Under the pieces are notes generated by a model. That model worked only from the letters and a program-made list of their open reading frames with translations. It searched no databases and was not told the DNA's origin. Source: the human T2T-CHM13v2.0 reference genome, Homo sapiens. Taken from it: a DNA stretch of 64,000 bases. Below are positions 13,741 through 26,277 of the stretch, piece after piece. The position numbers and the translations under genes are program-made. The stretch lies in assembly GCF_009914755.1 (NCBI RefSeq), contig NC_060926.1; one strand, 5' to 3'. The stretch's first letter is position 1; every line of letters begins with the position of its first letter.

Positions 13741-14219
13741 AATGGTCCTGGTTATTCTTGTTGACGTCAGTTCCTCTTTTCCTGATGTGTGCTTCTTTTT
13801 TTCCTTTTTTAAATTCTTTGTCTGTCTTTGCTGTATTTCTATTTCCCTTTATTTCTTTCTCTTAATGTATTTTTCTTCTGACTTAAGGGTCCTGCATAAC
13901 CCTGTTAATGATATCCACGAATAAAGAATTTTCTGTCCCCTAATTGCTGTGGTGCAGTGAGCAGTGGGGAATAATTGTTATCAAAATGAAACTAAACCCT
14001 ATAAGGATTCACAGAGTCACAATACTTTTGACCAGCATTCATGAAGAAGCCCTTACTTATGGGTCCGAGGGGCAGTGTGGAAATAATTGGCCAGTAGATA
14101 TGGGGCCCATGAACCTCACCTCATTAGTGTCCACCTGGCACTGACTGATCAGCACACTATAACATCATGAGAAAGATGGCGGGAAGATCCCTGGTAATTA
14201 TACATTTTTACTTACGTAG

Positions 14220-14381
14220 CAACAAAGGAGAGAGCGGGAAGCTAGAAGGCAGCAGGAACGTGAACAGCGAAGGAGAGAACAAGAAGAAAAGAGGCGTCTA
14301 GAGGAGTTGGAGAGAAGGCGCAAAGAAGAAGAGGAGAGGAGACGGGCAGAAGAAGAAAAGAGGAGAGTTGAAAGAGAACAG
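14220..14381 (+). CDS. MAP4K4: MAP4K4 coding exon ([18 protein letters not shown]...VEREQ), coiled-coil
   Basis: cttacgtag acceptor, CAG|gttagt donor; 162 nt, phase 0-0; not in the + ORF track. Confidence 0.95.
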
Positions 14382-16289
14382 GTTAGTTCACAGATAACAT
14401 AGCAGGCATACACTTGTGAAGTTTGTTACTTTGCAGAGCTGGGGGATTTTTAGAAAGTATACACACATGTGATGCATACACACATGTACACACATACACA
14501 TATACTTAGAACTTCAGATGTATGAACGTGGTGAAACACAGTTGGAATGACACCAATAAATTCAGTCTCTTGTCTTAAAAAGGGTTTATAAATCATTACA
14601 CTTTAGGAACCTGTTGAAACCAGTTAAGTGGTCTCTAAATAGTATAATACCTGAAAGATGTCTGCATGTATCTTCTCAGGCTTGGCTTAAATGCTGTAGA
14701 CCCCAAATATATGGGTGATAATTAACTTTTAAAAAAAAAATGAAATTAAAAACCAACAGTAAGAAATTTCTTAGGAGAAATATTTGAATATCCAGTGGCT
14801 AAGTGAATACTGTAATATATATCAGCATGTAATTCTGTATATACACAGCACATTAAAAAAACTAACATTGATGAGTTCAACCAAAAAAGATCAGGTTTTA
14901 ATAATATTTGCAGCATTTTATTAATGTCAGGTATGATTTTATTTAGAATTATTTTTTTGTTTCCTGAACCACCTGTACAAATACAATTTGCCCTTAGCCC
15001 CTTTGCCTTTCTTGTCTTTGAATTGATCTCTTTGTTATGAGCTTGGAATAAAGAAAAAAATGATATGTGAGGACCAATTTAAATAGCACTTGGTATCTGT
15101 ATTTTAAACTTATAAACCATGGTGTTAACTTTCAAATGTGACTGTTCAGCTGCCGTCCTTTATGCTTATCATGTGTCTTGGGCTTTCTAAGCTTGGGTCT
15201 GCATGCTCCTCGGTGTTTTCCCAGGAATTTCAGTGACGCTTTTTATGTTACCTAATTGACGTTGTCAACCATTTAACTGTGTAGCGCGTGTGCTTTAACA
15301 TTCCACTTATGTTTATACCTGGGGTCTGCAAAGAGGAAAACATTCAAGCTTTTAAGAATTAAATCACCTAGAAATAATGATTACAGTTCGATCATGAGAG
15401 GAGGGTGTGATGGTAGCAATTCATCTTTAATGCTGTAGTGGCAGTCATTAAATTTTGTGAATAGCAAGTATTTGGCACCACTTTTAAAAAAAAAAATTCT
15501 AAAATCGGTTTTATTCTGTTTTTCCCTGTTCTATTGTGAAATAGTAATTCCCATGTTAACAGTGCTGTAGGACGCATTTCATTTCAGCATAAGTGTGTAT
15601 GTTTGTGTAGATGCGTGTTGTGTATTGTTTGTTCATTGACTATGTGTTAGGACCTTTGTGGTTTGGAGAGGACATGATTTTTCCAGCTGTCCCTGTGTTG
15701 AGGGCAGAAAACAAATGAGTGTACTGACTTGATCTTTCGAGTTAAGATTTAATTCTGTTTTGTTCAAAAAAGAAAATGAGTTGAAAGTCAGGTTCCTTTG
15801 CTCCGTCACAGTTGGGTTAAGGCCACAAGCCTTGCTAGGGTAGGTATTGCTGTAGCATGTACCATGGAGGGTCAGACATAGACACAAGAGACGTAGATCC
15901 CAGGTCAGAACCAGATATGTTTGTCAGTAGCCTTCTGACTAAGTCCGCCCCACCCCTCTGCCCACACCCCCCCAGTTGGCTTTTTTGGCTCAGTTTTCTT
16001 TGTAAAGTAAGGTTTTCTAAGGATTTTTATATGCTGTAATTTCAATATTCTCCCAGAGATATTGGTTAACTAAAACTTCTGTTCAGCCCATATTGATGGC
16101 TATTTTTGTTTCAAGGTGTGCACCATGACACAAGGGGATGGTCAGCAGTAGACACTCTTAAAAGGGAATCTGAATTTCAGGATAAAATGTCTCCTCGTAG
16201 TCCTTCTTAGTCTATTCCTCTTCTAGAGCTTTTTTCCCTGTCCAAAAAAAGGAAGCCTCTTTGGCTTGTAAAATGTTTTATGCTTTTCA

Positions 16290-16480
16290 AGGTTATTTCA
16301 TATCAATCTCATGTCTGAACCTTACAAAAATTCCTGAGGGTTGGGAGAGGAGATTTTGGATGCTCATTTCTCAAATGAGGAGACTGAGAAAAGGGGAGCT
16401 TTAGAGCATGCTAGGGATCATAGAGCCAGTCCTCAGTGGAACAGGGACTGAGGCCTCCTGGTATCCCTGTCCTTTATAAT
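16290..16480 (-). mobile_element. MIR fragment
   Basis: ctcatttctcaaatgaggagactgag (antisense MIR core). Confidence 0.55.
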
Positions 16481-17238
16481 ACGCATGCAGCTTTGAAGTA
16501 GGGTTTTACCCCTCTCTATAACATATTTGGGATGTGTTTACTTGTTTTCATTGTTATAATGACTAATCATTCTCTTCTCATTGAAAAGAAAAACCACCCC
16601 ATCCTCACTTCCTGCTGTCTTTCTCTCCCCTTGTCCTTGTCTGTCTCTGTCTGTCACACACACACAAGCTCATCATGGAGCCTGGGTCTGTTCATTTGAG
16701 GAGAGTTGCCCAAGTCTGGAATGTAGTCATTCCAGGTGCCTTTGGAATTGTTAGTGAAAGCATGAATCATGTTTGTTGTATTTTATTATTAAGCAGGTTT
16801 TGGTTTTAGGTTTCAAAAATTGGTGATCTGTGCTTGTTACAAATAATGACTAATAAGCAGATGTTTACTAATCAGAACCCTCTGATACTTTTTAATTAAA
16901 ATCTTGATTTCTCTGGGGTTTACCAACCTTAAGAGGAATGGCATACTGTTTTAAAATTCTGTATTTGTTTACAACAGCTGTGTTCTAACAGAAGTACTCT
17001 TAGATCCCTTCGTGTATATTATGGGAATGCATATCATCATTTGTTAGACTCCTTAGGTCTTACTGGCCAATTTGAAGTTCTTGGAGAAATCTTTAGCAAT
17101 AGATTTTCTTCAGGTATTTACCACTAAGTGAATTGTCACTAAAGGTGATTGGAGCAAATGGTTCTTGGTGCTCCATTCAGGTGGTTCTGATGCTTTTCTT
17201 TGGGATAATTTGATTGCTGGGTGATTTCTGTGTGACAG

Positions 17239-17325
17239 GAGTATATCAGGCGACAGCTAGAAGAGGAGCAGCGGCACTTGGAAGTCCTTCAGCAGCAGCT
17301 GCTCCAGGAGCAGGCCATGTTACTG
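17239..17325 (+). CDS. MAP4K4: MAP4K4 coding exon ([29 protein letters not shown])
   Basis: tgtgacag acceptor, CTG|gtaaag donor; 87 nt, phase 0-0. Confidence 0.95.
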
Positions 17326-17885
17326 GTAAAGCCCCGCCTCTGTTTCATTCTGTAGCATCAGGGCTCCTTCATCCGTCCCCAAAGTTGAGCAAGCTGTGGT
17401 GGTCACCAGACCATTTTGGTTTTGCTGTGGGCAGCCAGGCTGAAATAGTGATGCCCATTTTGTGGTCCTATTGCTAGCACATTGCAACATGGTCTTTATT
17501 TATTTATATCTCTTTAATAAGTTAATTGTTCTTGTTTGGTAGACCAACAAGGTTTTGAACAGAACTTGGCACTCAGTGAACACACTAGAATGCTGAGGGC
17601 AGTAGGTTGAAAGCACATGCCACAGGATTTTTACCTAGTATCTATACCACTAAAACTCACATTTAATTGAATTATCTCTTACTCTGTCCAATGATAATTA
17701 TGGTTAGCAACAGCTGTGAGATTTTTCCACAGGTAATGTGCTATTTAAAATCCCAGCCATTTTGCTTTCTTACAAAACACAGAGGGAAAATATATGGTCA
17801 CTTTTTTTAAAAGCCGAACAAATCCAGAGAAGAGGCGAGCTCTCCAGTGTCCCATAGATTTAGTGTTATCCTCTCCCTCTCCAAG

Positions 17886-18107
17886 GAGTGCCGATGGCGG
17901 GAGATGGAGGAGCACCGGCAGGCAGAGAGGCTCCAGAGGCAGTTGCAACAAGAACAAGCATATCTCCTGTCTCTACAGCATGACCATAGGAGGCCGCACC
18001 CGCAGCACTCGCAGCAGCCGCCACCACCGCAGCAGGAAAGGAGCAAGCCAAGCTTCCATGCTCCCGAGCCCAAAGCCCACTACGAGCCTGCTGACCGAGC
18101 GCGAGAG
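17886..18107 (+). CDS. MAP4K4: MAP4K4 coding exon ([10 protein letters not shown]...PADRARE) with internal in-frame alternative acceptor (exon start 17979, HDHRRP...)
   Basis: ccctctccaag acceptor; internal ctcctgtctctacag acceptor 93 nt downstream; GAG|gtatcc donor. Confidence 0.92.
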
Positions 18108-19067
18108 GTATCCTCTTTCCTTTGTCACTTAGACATTGCCCTGGAAAGTCGTATAACGACTCTTCAGAACTGTGTCATATGAGTTCTAGAACGGGCCATA
18201 GAGTTTAGCTAATTATCTGGTTTCTTCATTTTCTAACTAGGAAATTGAATTTCAGAGGAGTGGAGGGCCTTGCCCAAGGTTTCATATTCAGTCAGTGCTT
18301 TTTCCATAAAGGACCAGAGTGCCTCAGTTAACATATCCCAGAAGAACTTGAAACTGAACTAAACTAAAAGATTACATGACACAGTCACTCTTAAAAATGT
18401 GGATGAGGGAAAGAGTGGTCTGATGAACTATTCTGCCAAGCTAGTATAAAGCTAAAGTGTGCCTGTGGCTCAACTTTCTGACTTTGCAGATGTCAAGATG
18501 CCCTGCTAGATTGGTGCATTAGGGTTACCCAGAGCCTCAGAGTAGGCTGCGGCAGGGACTGCTCGGGGGTGCAAGATGGGCGACAGGTGTGCCTCCAGAG
18601 GTGTTGAATCCCGGCCCACAGGTGGCAGCAGCCTTCTATTGTGTCTGCCCTCACAGGCAGTAGATTCTAGAAACAAGTGTTCTGTTTGTTCTGGAGTGCT
18701 TTTATATTTGGTGGAGTGAAATGCATTCCGGATTTCTGATGATAGTTTTTTAGTCTGTTGGTTTAGTTGCTTGTGACAGATTAATTTTTTTCTACTTCAT
18801 CATCATATACAGTCTTAGAATTCTGAGCAAGGAGGAGAGCTTAGAGACTGCCTTGCTAATTTTTATCTTCATAAATATTTTCTTTTTCCTGAATCTAATC
18901 CTAGCACTGCTTTATGTACCTTCTTTTTTCCAGCTACCCCTCTCTTTTCTGGTAGCAGAAGAAAACAGAAAACTTACCTTTAGATTTCTTCCACTTTTAG
19001 ACTTTCTTTGATATTTCTGCTTTTCCCCTACTAACACTGAGTTATGTCTTCTAATTCTCTGATGCAG

Positions 19068-19229
19068 GTGGAAGATAGATTTAGGAAAACTAACCACAGC
19101 TCCCCTGAAGCCCAGTCTAAGCAGACAGGCAGAGTATTGGAGCCACCAGTGCCTTCCCGATCAGAGTCTTTTTCCAATGGCAACTCCGAGTCTGTGCATC
19201 CCGCCCTGCAGAGACCAGCGGAGCCACAG
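19068..19229 (+). CDS. MAP4K4: MAP4K4 cassette exon ([16 protein letters not shown]...RPAEPQ), 54 aa
   Basis: gatgcag acceptor, CAG|gtagcg donor; 162 nt, phase 0-0. Confidence 0.93.
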
Positions 19230-20194
19230 GTAGCGACAGCCAGCTTTGCTGTGGTTGAGGAGACTCATGCAACGGCTCGCTGAGCCGCAGGCCTGCTGTA
19301 ATATCACAGTTTAGTTTGTCACCACACTGAAAAAGAGGAGAGATTAGCAGGAGTGAGTTTAGACTAAAAGAAGGCATAGACTCAGTTGATAGGGAAATAT
19401 CTTTTTCTTTCTTTTTGAGATTTCTATGTACTCATTAAGAGTATCTAGAGTGAGTGATTTCTTCTAACTTTTTGCCTTCCCTAACTCAGGTGTTAAGTGC
19501 CTCCTTTTTCTGATACAAAGATCTTTTAGTTTAGTTTTTAGAGAACTGGGATTATAAATACATAGAGGGAGAGCCAGGAATTTTCTTTGAAGTATTTTAA
19601 AAGTAAGCGCTTTACTGTGTGAGCCCTGGCTCTTGGCCAGTCCTATGAATGGGCCTTAGATGATGCCCCTGAAATTGCATGCAAAATGTCTTTATTTGCT
19701 CAAATGTGTATTTTTTGTGGGGGTGGGGGGAATGACCTTTTATCAGATTCTCACAGGGTTCAAGATCCAAAAAAGTTTAGATCTAGTGGGTTAGGTGTGG
19801 ATTTCTCTGAAATAGGCCAGGGAAAAGGCTGTGACCTCTCCTTGGGTCTGCTGCAGCGTTCTAGCCTTGGCTAGGTGAGGGGAACTGTTGGGCCGATGCT
19901 GTGTGGCTGGAGCAGAACCCACAGTGCTGTCCATAGAGGAGAACAAGCAACGAAGATCATGGCTAAAGATCTTAGAGATCCTTAAAATGCCGATTCCTAA
20001 TCTCTTGCTGAAAACTACTGACTTTTAGATATTTTCCCGCTTGCCACTCTGTAATCCAGAATATTAGGAACAAGTTCTTAAACTCGAGTTTACTTTTCAC
20101 TGGTGTTTGCATGTGTGGGGGACAAAAGTTTACGTTCTTGTGGCAGGAAACTGTGGGATCTGCAGCATGGAGGAGTTAAAAAAAAAAAAAAAAG

Positions 20195-20508
20195 GGCTGG
20201 GGCACAGTGGCACGTGCCTGAAATCCCAGCACTTTGGGAGGCCGAGGCAGGCAGATCACCTGAGGTCAGGAGTTCGAGACCAGCCTGGCCAACCTGGCAA
20301 AACCCCATTTCTGCTAAAAATATAAAAATCAGCCGGGTGTGGTGGCAGGCACCTGTAATCCCAGCTACTCAGGAGGCTGAGGCAGGAGAATAACTTGAAC
20401 CCAGGAGTGGAGTTTGCAGCTTGCAGTGAGCTGAGATAGTGCTACTGCATGCCAGCCTGAGTGACAGAGTGAGACTCCATCTTAAAAAAAAAAAAAAAAA
20501 AAAAAAAA
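20195..20508 (+). mobile_element. AluS element flanked on both sides by A-run+GG
   Basis: Full dimer, gatcacctgaggtcaggagttcgagacc; 25-nt A tail. Confidence 0.95.
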
Positions 20509-22060
20509 GGAACAGCTAGGACTGAGGCCAGGGCTGTGTGAGGGTGAGTGGGTATTTCCATGGGACCAGCAGTTTTTTGAGTCCCAGGAGAGCTAGCAGA
20601 TGGGTAGCTCCAGAGAGGAGAGGATAGAAAGGAAAGAGGAAAGCAGGAGAGGGTAACTGGACACAATTAAAAGAGGATGAGAAGAGAGACTACTAGAATA
20701 GGTCTGAGGACTCGTGTTCTTTAGCAACTTTGCACTGCTTGAAGATTAAAAGTTTTCACACTGCAAGTTAAACTTCGCATAAATGGACAATCTTTGGCCA
20801 CTAATAATTTAGAAAATAGGAGTTTCTGAATTATCTAATTTTTGCATTTGTTATGAATTTGTGTAGTAACTAGAAAGAGTCTCCCATTTCCTCCTCCTGT
20901 TCATTCTTTGGGGGAGACTTTTCTCGTGTAGGACTCTATTTTAAAACTCATTTTTGATTATAATTTCAGGTAATACTTTGAATTACATGCTTTATCTCTG
21001 AAAATCTTAAACATTTTAGAAGTCTAGGATTATACCAATATCTGGTATTATACAAATCTCACCTGTATATTGTAGAAATCATACAATAGAACTAATTTCA
21101 CATCTTGTATTTGGAAAGGTTGAACAAATTGATTCAGTATTTTCAGTTTATGTCAAGTACATTGATGTAATAGATATGTAGCTATCATTTTTTCAGTTGC
21201 CATATTGAACAATCATTTTAGAACAGTAAAACATAATTTAATGAAAATATTTTATGGATTTTTTCAGAGATCATTTTCCCAATTTAGAAGCAACCAGATA
21301 AACTCAGTTGACAAGTAATTGTCATATTTTTGTAATTTCCCAAGTGGAAGGAATACCCCAACAATAGTCAATTCAGGGAATCCATGGTACTGAATATTTT
21401 TAAAGAAATCACAATTCTTTATTTTCATCACTAATATGAAAGTATATGGAGATACCTGGGTTATGGGTGTTTGTAGACTTGGGAAAAATAAGAAAAATTG
21501 TTGGTATATTTGAAAAATTAGCTGTTCTTGAGATATTATAGTCTCAAAACGTGGGGTTTGTCTTTGCTCGTTGAACGTGCCATTTTGTTACTCGCTCTGG
21601 TGTAAAATGTGACACTGCAGGTAATGTGAGGATGGCTAGGTAGGTTTGCACATTTGGCAGTGCGCTTTATCTTACAATTTTTCTGCCTCTCTCTGCCTTT
21701 CCAGTCTCTGCTTTGACATGGATGTGCATGCAACACATCATAACCCCTTTGGGCTCTGAGAGCCTCTTTGTGGGGAAAAAAAAAATAAAAATCTTCACAT
21801 TAACTGCTATCTGTAATGTTTGTCTGGATATTAAAAAGAGTTTTCCTTGTAAATGTACATTTGTTCTTTTCTACATACTGTGTTCCCAGACCACTTCTTC
21901 ACTTTGAAGTGTAACTGTTTCACTGCGTGGCTGACCTAACACTGTACCACCCCGGTGTGTATTCCGCCTCTGCCAGTTCCTGCTTTGGATTTGGTATTGA
22001 CCAGAAAAGCCAGTTTTATGCAGAACGCATTGAATGTTTTGTGTTTTGTTTTCTTGTAAG

Positions 22061-22291
22061 GTACAGTGGTCCCACCTGGCATCTCTCAAGAACAATGTTT
22101 CCCCTGTCTCGCGATCCCATTCCTTCAGTGACCCTTCTCCCAAATTTGCACACCACCATCTTCGTTCTCAGGACCCATGTCCACCTTCCCGCAGTGAGGT
22201 GCTCAGTCAGAGCTCTGACTCTAAGTCAGAGGCGCCTGACCCTACCCAAAAGGCTTGGTCTAGATCAGACAGTGACGAGGTGCCTCCAAGG
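22061..22291 (+). CDS. MAP4K4: MAP4K4 cassette exon (VQWSHLASLKNNVSPVSRSHSFSDPS...DEVPPR), 77 aa
   Basis: ttcttgtaag acceptor, AGG|gtaagg donor; 231 nt, phase 0-0. Confidence 0.93.
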
Positions 22292-23169
22292 GTAAGGAGC
22301 AGAAAGACAGATGTGTGCTGCTTTTTTCCTTTTTGTTATTTTTTTTTAAAGATTATTTATTTTAATTATGGGTATGCAACTTGACCAAATTTAAAGGGGC
22401 ATTGAAATTTCAAAGGGACTTTTTACTGGTGAGGATAAAGTTCCATAGTTAGGCAATTCTGTTTAGCCAGTGGTCAGTTAGCGTTTTATTTTTGTTAACC
22501 CTAAATAAGGTAGCAAAATGATGTAAGAGTAAGTCTACAAAGAATAGGCTTCTTAAACAAATTCATAATCTATTTTAGCAGTTTTTTATATGTTTATACA
22601 GAAGCTATGCAGTTTTGCAATATTAATGTCAAAATTTTTAGAAAAAGTCCTATAAGAAAAATTTTATTTTCTTTTTAAATGTAGGGGATTTTGTTTTGTT
22701 TTTGTGTTTACATAATAGTGAAATTAAACAAAGGAGCCCATGTCAATTTATTTTTCCTCATTTGGAATTTGCTTCCTCTGAATATTTTCTTGCTTCCTGC
22801 CAGTCTTTGCTTCCTGCTGATCCATTTATAGACCATTGTTTGGTTTCTTTGAGCTTATTTTCCTGATTCTCACATTATCTCAGCAAATGCTTTGTATGTC
22901 CCTGCTACCAAGCTTCAGTCCAAACATCATTTAAATGTTACAGGAGCATAGAAAGCCTGTTTGTACTGGCTTCTTGGATGCTTGTGACTAAATTTTCTCT
23001 CCGATTGTATCAGTGTAGGACCAGGGAAGGAGTTGGGGTGGGGAGTGGAGGTGATAGGAAGGACTGCTTTTAAATATTAGGACTGCTTTAAAAATATATT
23101 TTGGTAGGGAAGTATTTTTTTTCCTTTTCATGTTTTCAATAATTTAATTGCTATATTTTCTACTTAAAG

Positions 23170-23276
23170 GTTCCTGTGAGAACAACATCTCGCTCCCCTG
23201 TTCTGTCCCGTCGAGATTCCCCACTGCAGGGCAGTGGGCAGCAGAATAGCCAGGCAGGACAGAGAAACTCCACCAG
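23170..23276 (+). CDS. MAP4K4: MAP4K4 coding exon ([35 protein letters not shown])
   Basis: tacttaaag acceptor, CAG|gtaaaa donor; 107 nt. Confidence 0.95.
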
Positions 23277-23719
23277 GTAAAAGACAAGTGAGCACTGAGA
23301 ACAGGCCTTCTGTGCAGTCTACCACAGCCTTACATTGTCTGTTTCATAAAAATGCTCTTAAACACAGACGTTCTGGGGCTAAGAGATTATCAGTTATAAA
23401 AGGAAAAGCTGCCATAAAATCCATCAACGTGGATGGCATCAAGTTGATGTGTAGTAAAAAGTGGGTTTGAATCCGGATGTGTATTATAGCAACTCTGAAA
23501 TTTAAACTACTTTTCTCTGTAAGAGTAAATGGAGGGAGCAGCAAGGAAGGGGGAGAAGTTCTAAGAGAATTGTGATCGGGGGGAGCTTTTCATCTAAGGG
23601 ATGTTGTAAGGCCTGTGGCATAAAACAGAAATCACAAACAGGTTACTAAAGAAGTCACTGGTTGACTTCACAGTCTGCAGTAAACAAGTGAATTCACCAA
23701 ATACTATCCTTTTTAGGTT

Positions 23720-23940
23720 CTAGAGCTGCTCTGTCCAGTACGATTAGCTACAGAAGCTTCCTTATATTTAAATTAAAGTTTAAATTTAGTTAAAATGAAA
23801 TACAGTGGAAACTTCATTCCTTAGTGCACTGGGTATATTCATGAGCTCTATAGCCACATATAGCTAGTGGCTATGATATTATCCAGCTCAAATATAGAAC
23901 ATTTTCATCATAACAGAACGCTTCATTGACCAGCACTATC
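23720..23940 (+). mobile_element. MER3-like element
   Basis: gctctgtccagtac..tagccacatatagctagtggcta..tagaacattttcatcataacagaa. Confidence 0.7.
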
Positions 23941-24667
23941 ATAGGGAAGAAAAGATGATTATGTTGAATGTTTTATATCTTGATCATCACTGAACCTCTA
24001 AAGTTAGCCTTCTGCGCATGGAACCTTGGTCTGACTTGAGGTGTCAGATGGATGATAGCCCAAAAGCTGCACAGAATCCTCAGCACTGCTAATGGCAGGG
24101 GGACTGTGGTGTTCTTCCCTGACCAAGTCTGTGTCATTAATTCTTACCTAGCACATGTGTGCTTTGGGTCCATCCATGGCAGGAAATCCATCCCAGCTCA
24201 TGCTTTCTGTACCGTTTCCAACAGCCCATACAAAGGACTATTCTTTGTAAGTGTCAGTTTTTGAGAACAGTAACAGGCAGGTGAGAGCAGCAGCCTAGAA
24301 ACAGAATATAGTTTTGTGTATAATTATACAAATACGGAGTGTTTTCCTAATATTAAGAACTGACTTGTAGCTGTGACAGAAATGGTGCTGCTTCTACACT
24401 GAACAGTAGCATTGTATCTCACACCTGATGATTTTAGATCTACTAATGGTAGGATATCATTTAGCATACAAACTAAAAATCGATAAAAATCCATGAACAA
24501 TGTCATTATATCTTTTGGTGAATTTAATGTTGAGTGCTGTTTATAGACTGTTTTTTGTCTCCCTACACTTTAAAGACATTGGATGGGCACACCATGCACA
24601 TGTTGGTAATTTGGTGCTGCATCTAGAGATGACACATTAGCTGTTCTCTCTTCTTCTTTTCTAACAG

Positions 24668-24819
24668 CAGTATTGAGCCCAGGCTTCTGTGGGAGAGAGT
24701 GGAGAAGCTGGTGCCCAGACCTGGCAGTGGCAGCTCCTCAGGGTCCAGCAACTCAGGATCCCAGCCCGGGTCTCACCCTGGGTCTCAGAGTGGCTCCGGG
24801 GAACGCTTCAGAGTGAGAT
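24668..24819 (+). CDS. MAP4K4: MAP4K4 coding exon ([25 protein letters not shown]...RFRVR) with NAGNAG acceptor (24668 or 24671)
   Basis: ctaacagcag tandem acceptor, GAT|gtaagc donor. Confidence 0.94.
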
Positions 24820-24979
24820 GTAAGCTGCCTTTCCTTTCCTTTTTCCCTGCTAATGTTTTGAGCTGTGATCCATATCTTGGAAGTTTGTCTTAATCTGTAG
24901 TTTGCGTGTAGCCACACGTCACAAAACAATGTTTTAGCATAGGTTGCTAGTGACAATAATAGTCATCCTGATTTTAATC

Positions 24980-25140
24980 ATAAAGGAGCTAAATTTTGAG
25001 AGCTTTATATATACCTAGCACTGTGAGCGCTTTACAATTTAGTGGGATTAACTAACTTTCCCAAGGTAATTGGCTAATGTGTGAGCTAGGATTTGAACCC
25101 ATTTCTTTCGGTCTGGGCTCCAGAGCCTATACTGTCATCA
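24980..25140 (-). mobile_element. MIR fragment
   Basis: taactttcccaaggt..gagctaggatttgaaccca..ctccagagcc. Confidence 0.6.
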
Positions 25141-25451
25141 ATATTGGTTATTTTAATGTACTCATAATAGATGAGTGAATATTCCCTCTACTGTATTATT
25201 GACATACCATGACAAGGTATATATTGTGAACACGTGTCAAAGTGAGTGTGATGATGGAGGGTTTAAGTAAAGAGTCAGGAAGGCTGCTGGAGCCCTCCTT
25301 GGGCCCCCTCTGCTCTGTAATTCAGACCTGCAGGTGGAGAGCCTACCATGAGTGGGCAGACAGGAGTGGGCGGGGTGGGCAGGGCAGCTTCATAATACAC
25401 ATCCATATGTTGATATGTGTCTGTCCATCTTGTCCCTTTTGAACCCAACAG

Positions 25452-25549
25452 CATCATCCAAGTCTGAAGGCTCTCCATCTCAGCGCCTGGAAAATGCAGT
25501 GAAAAAACCTGAAGATAAAAAGGAAGTTTTCAGACCCCTCAAGCCTGCT
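25452..25549 (+). CDS. MAP4K4: MAP4K4 coding exon ([33 protein letters not shown])
   Basis: cccaacag acceptor, GCT|gtaagg donor; 98 nt ending in phase 0. Confidence 0.94.
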
Positions 25550-26268
25550 GTAAGGATTGTGCAGGATCAGTTTTACTTATTTCAGACTTGAATGAGATCT
25601 TTCTATTAAAAATATGTGGTTGAGAGGCCTGCAGTCTTTTCTGCGAGGGCCCCTCACAGATTTGAGGAATTATAAGGAATGACCTAAACCCCAGACATAC
25701 TTGTTCCCTTCCATTGGTATCGTCTGCTTTCCCTGTATAAAGTCTCAAGTGAGTAAAACCTTTTTTCTGTTGTTCCAGCCATACACTTGGTGTACAGTCA
25801 GCCTTACAAAATTATGCAGAACAAAGTATAGTTCTTATTTAATGAAATTTCCTTCTAAGGAAACTGATGCTTTAAAAAAAATACAAAAGAAAGAAAAGCC
25901 TTTTTATCTCTTTCTTGGCATTAACCTTTACTTATTCTTCGTGAGTTCAGCATTTACAATACTGGCTTTTAGACTAAGTTTTTAAAAATCACCTTCTTAA
26001 ACTCACTGGTTGCCTACCTTCTGCTTTTTGGTACCTGGGGTGATAGTTGTGACTGCTTCTCACCCTTCTCTTTTAATCCCTCTGATGTTACCTGACCATG
26101 TAATTGTGCACGCTTTGTGGAATTTTAAGCCTGTCAGAGTTTTCATTTCCTGCTTGAACTGATTTCTGTACTTCTCCCTCTCCCCTTCTTTCTCCCGCGC
26201 TTCCTTGTACTGTGCATTCCTCATCAACGATGGCTTCTCGGACTCCACGAAACTGCGCTGTACTGAAG

Positions 26269-26277
26269 GGCGAAGTG
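26269..26277 (+). CDS. MAP4K4: MAP4K4 9-nt microexon encoding GEV
   Basis: tactgaag|GGCGAAGTG|gtaagc; phase 0-0 between KPA and DLTALAK; matches my recollection of KPAGEVDLT isoforms. Confidence 0.85.

Noticed and set aside
14198-18073. Minus-strand Ser/Leu- and Cys-rich ORFs (14198-14413, 17807-18073)
   Set aside because: Antisense shadows of the E/R/Q-rich MAP4K4 exons
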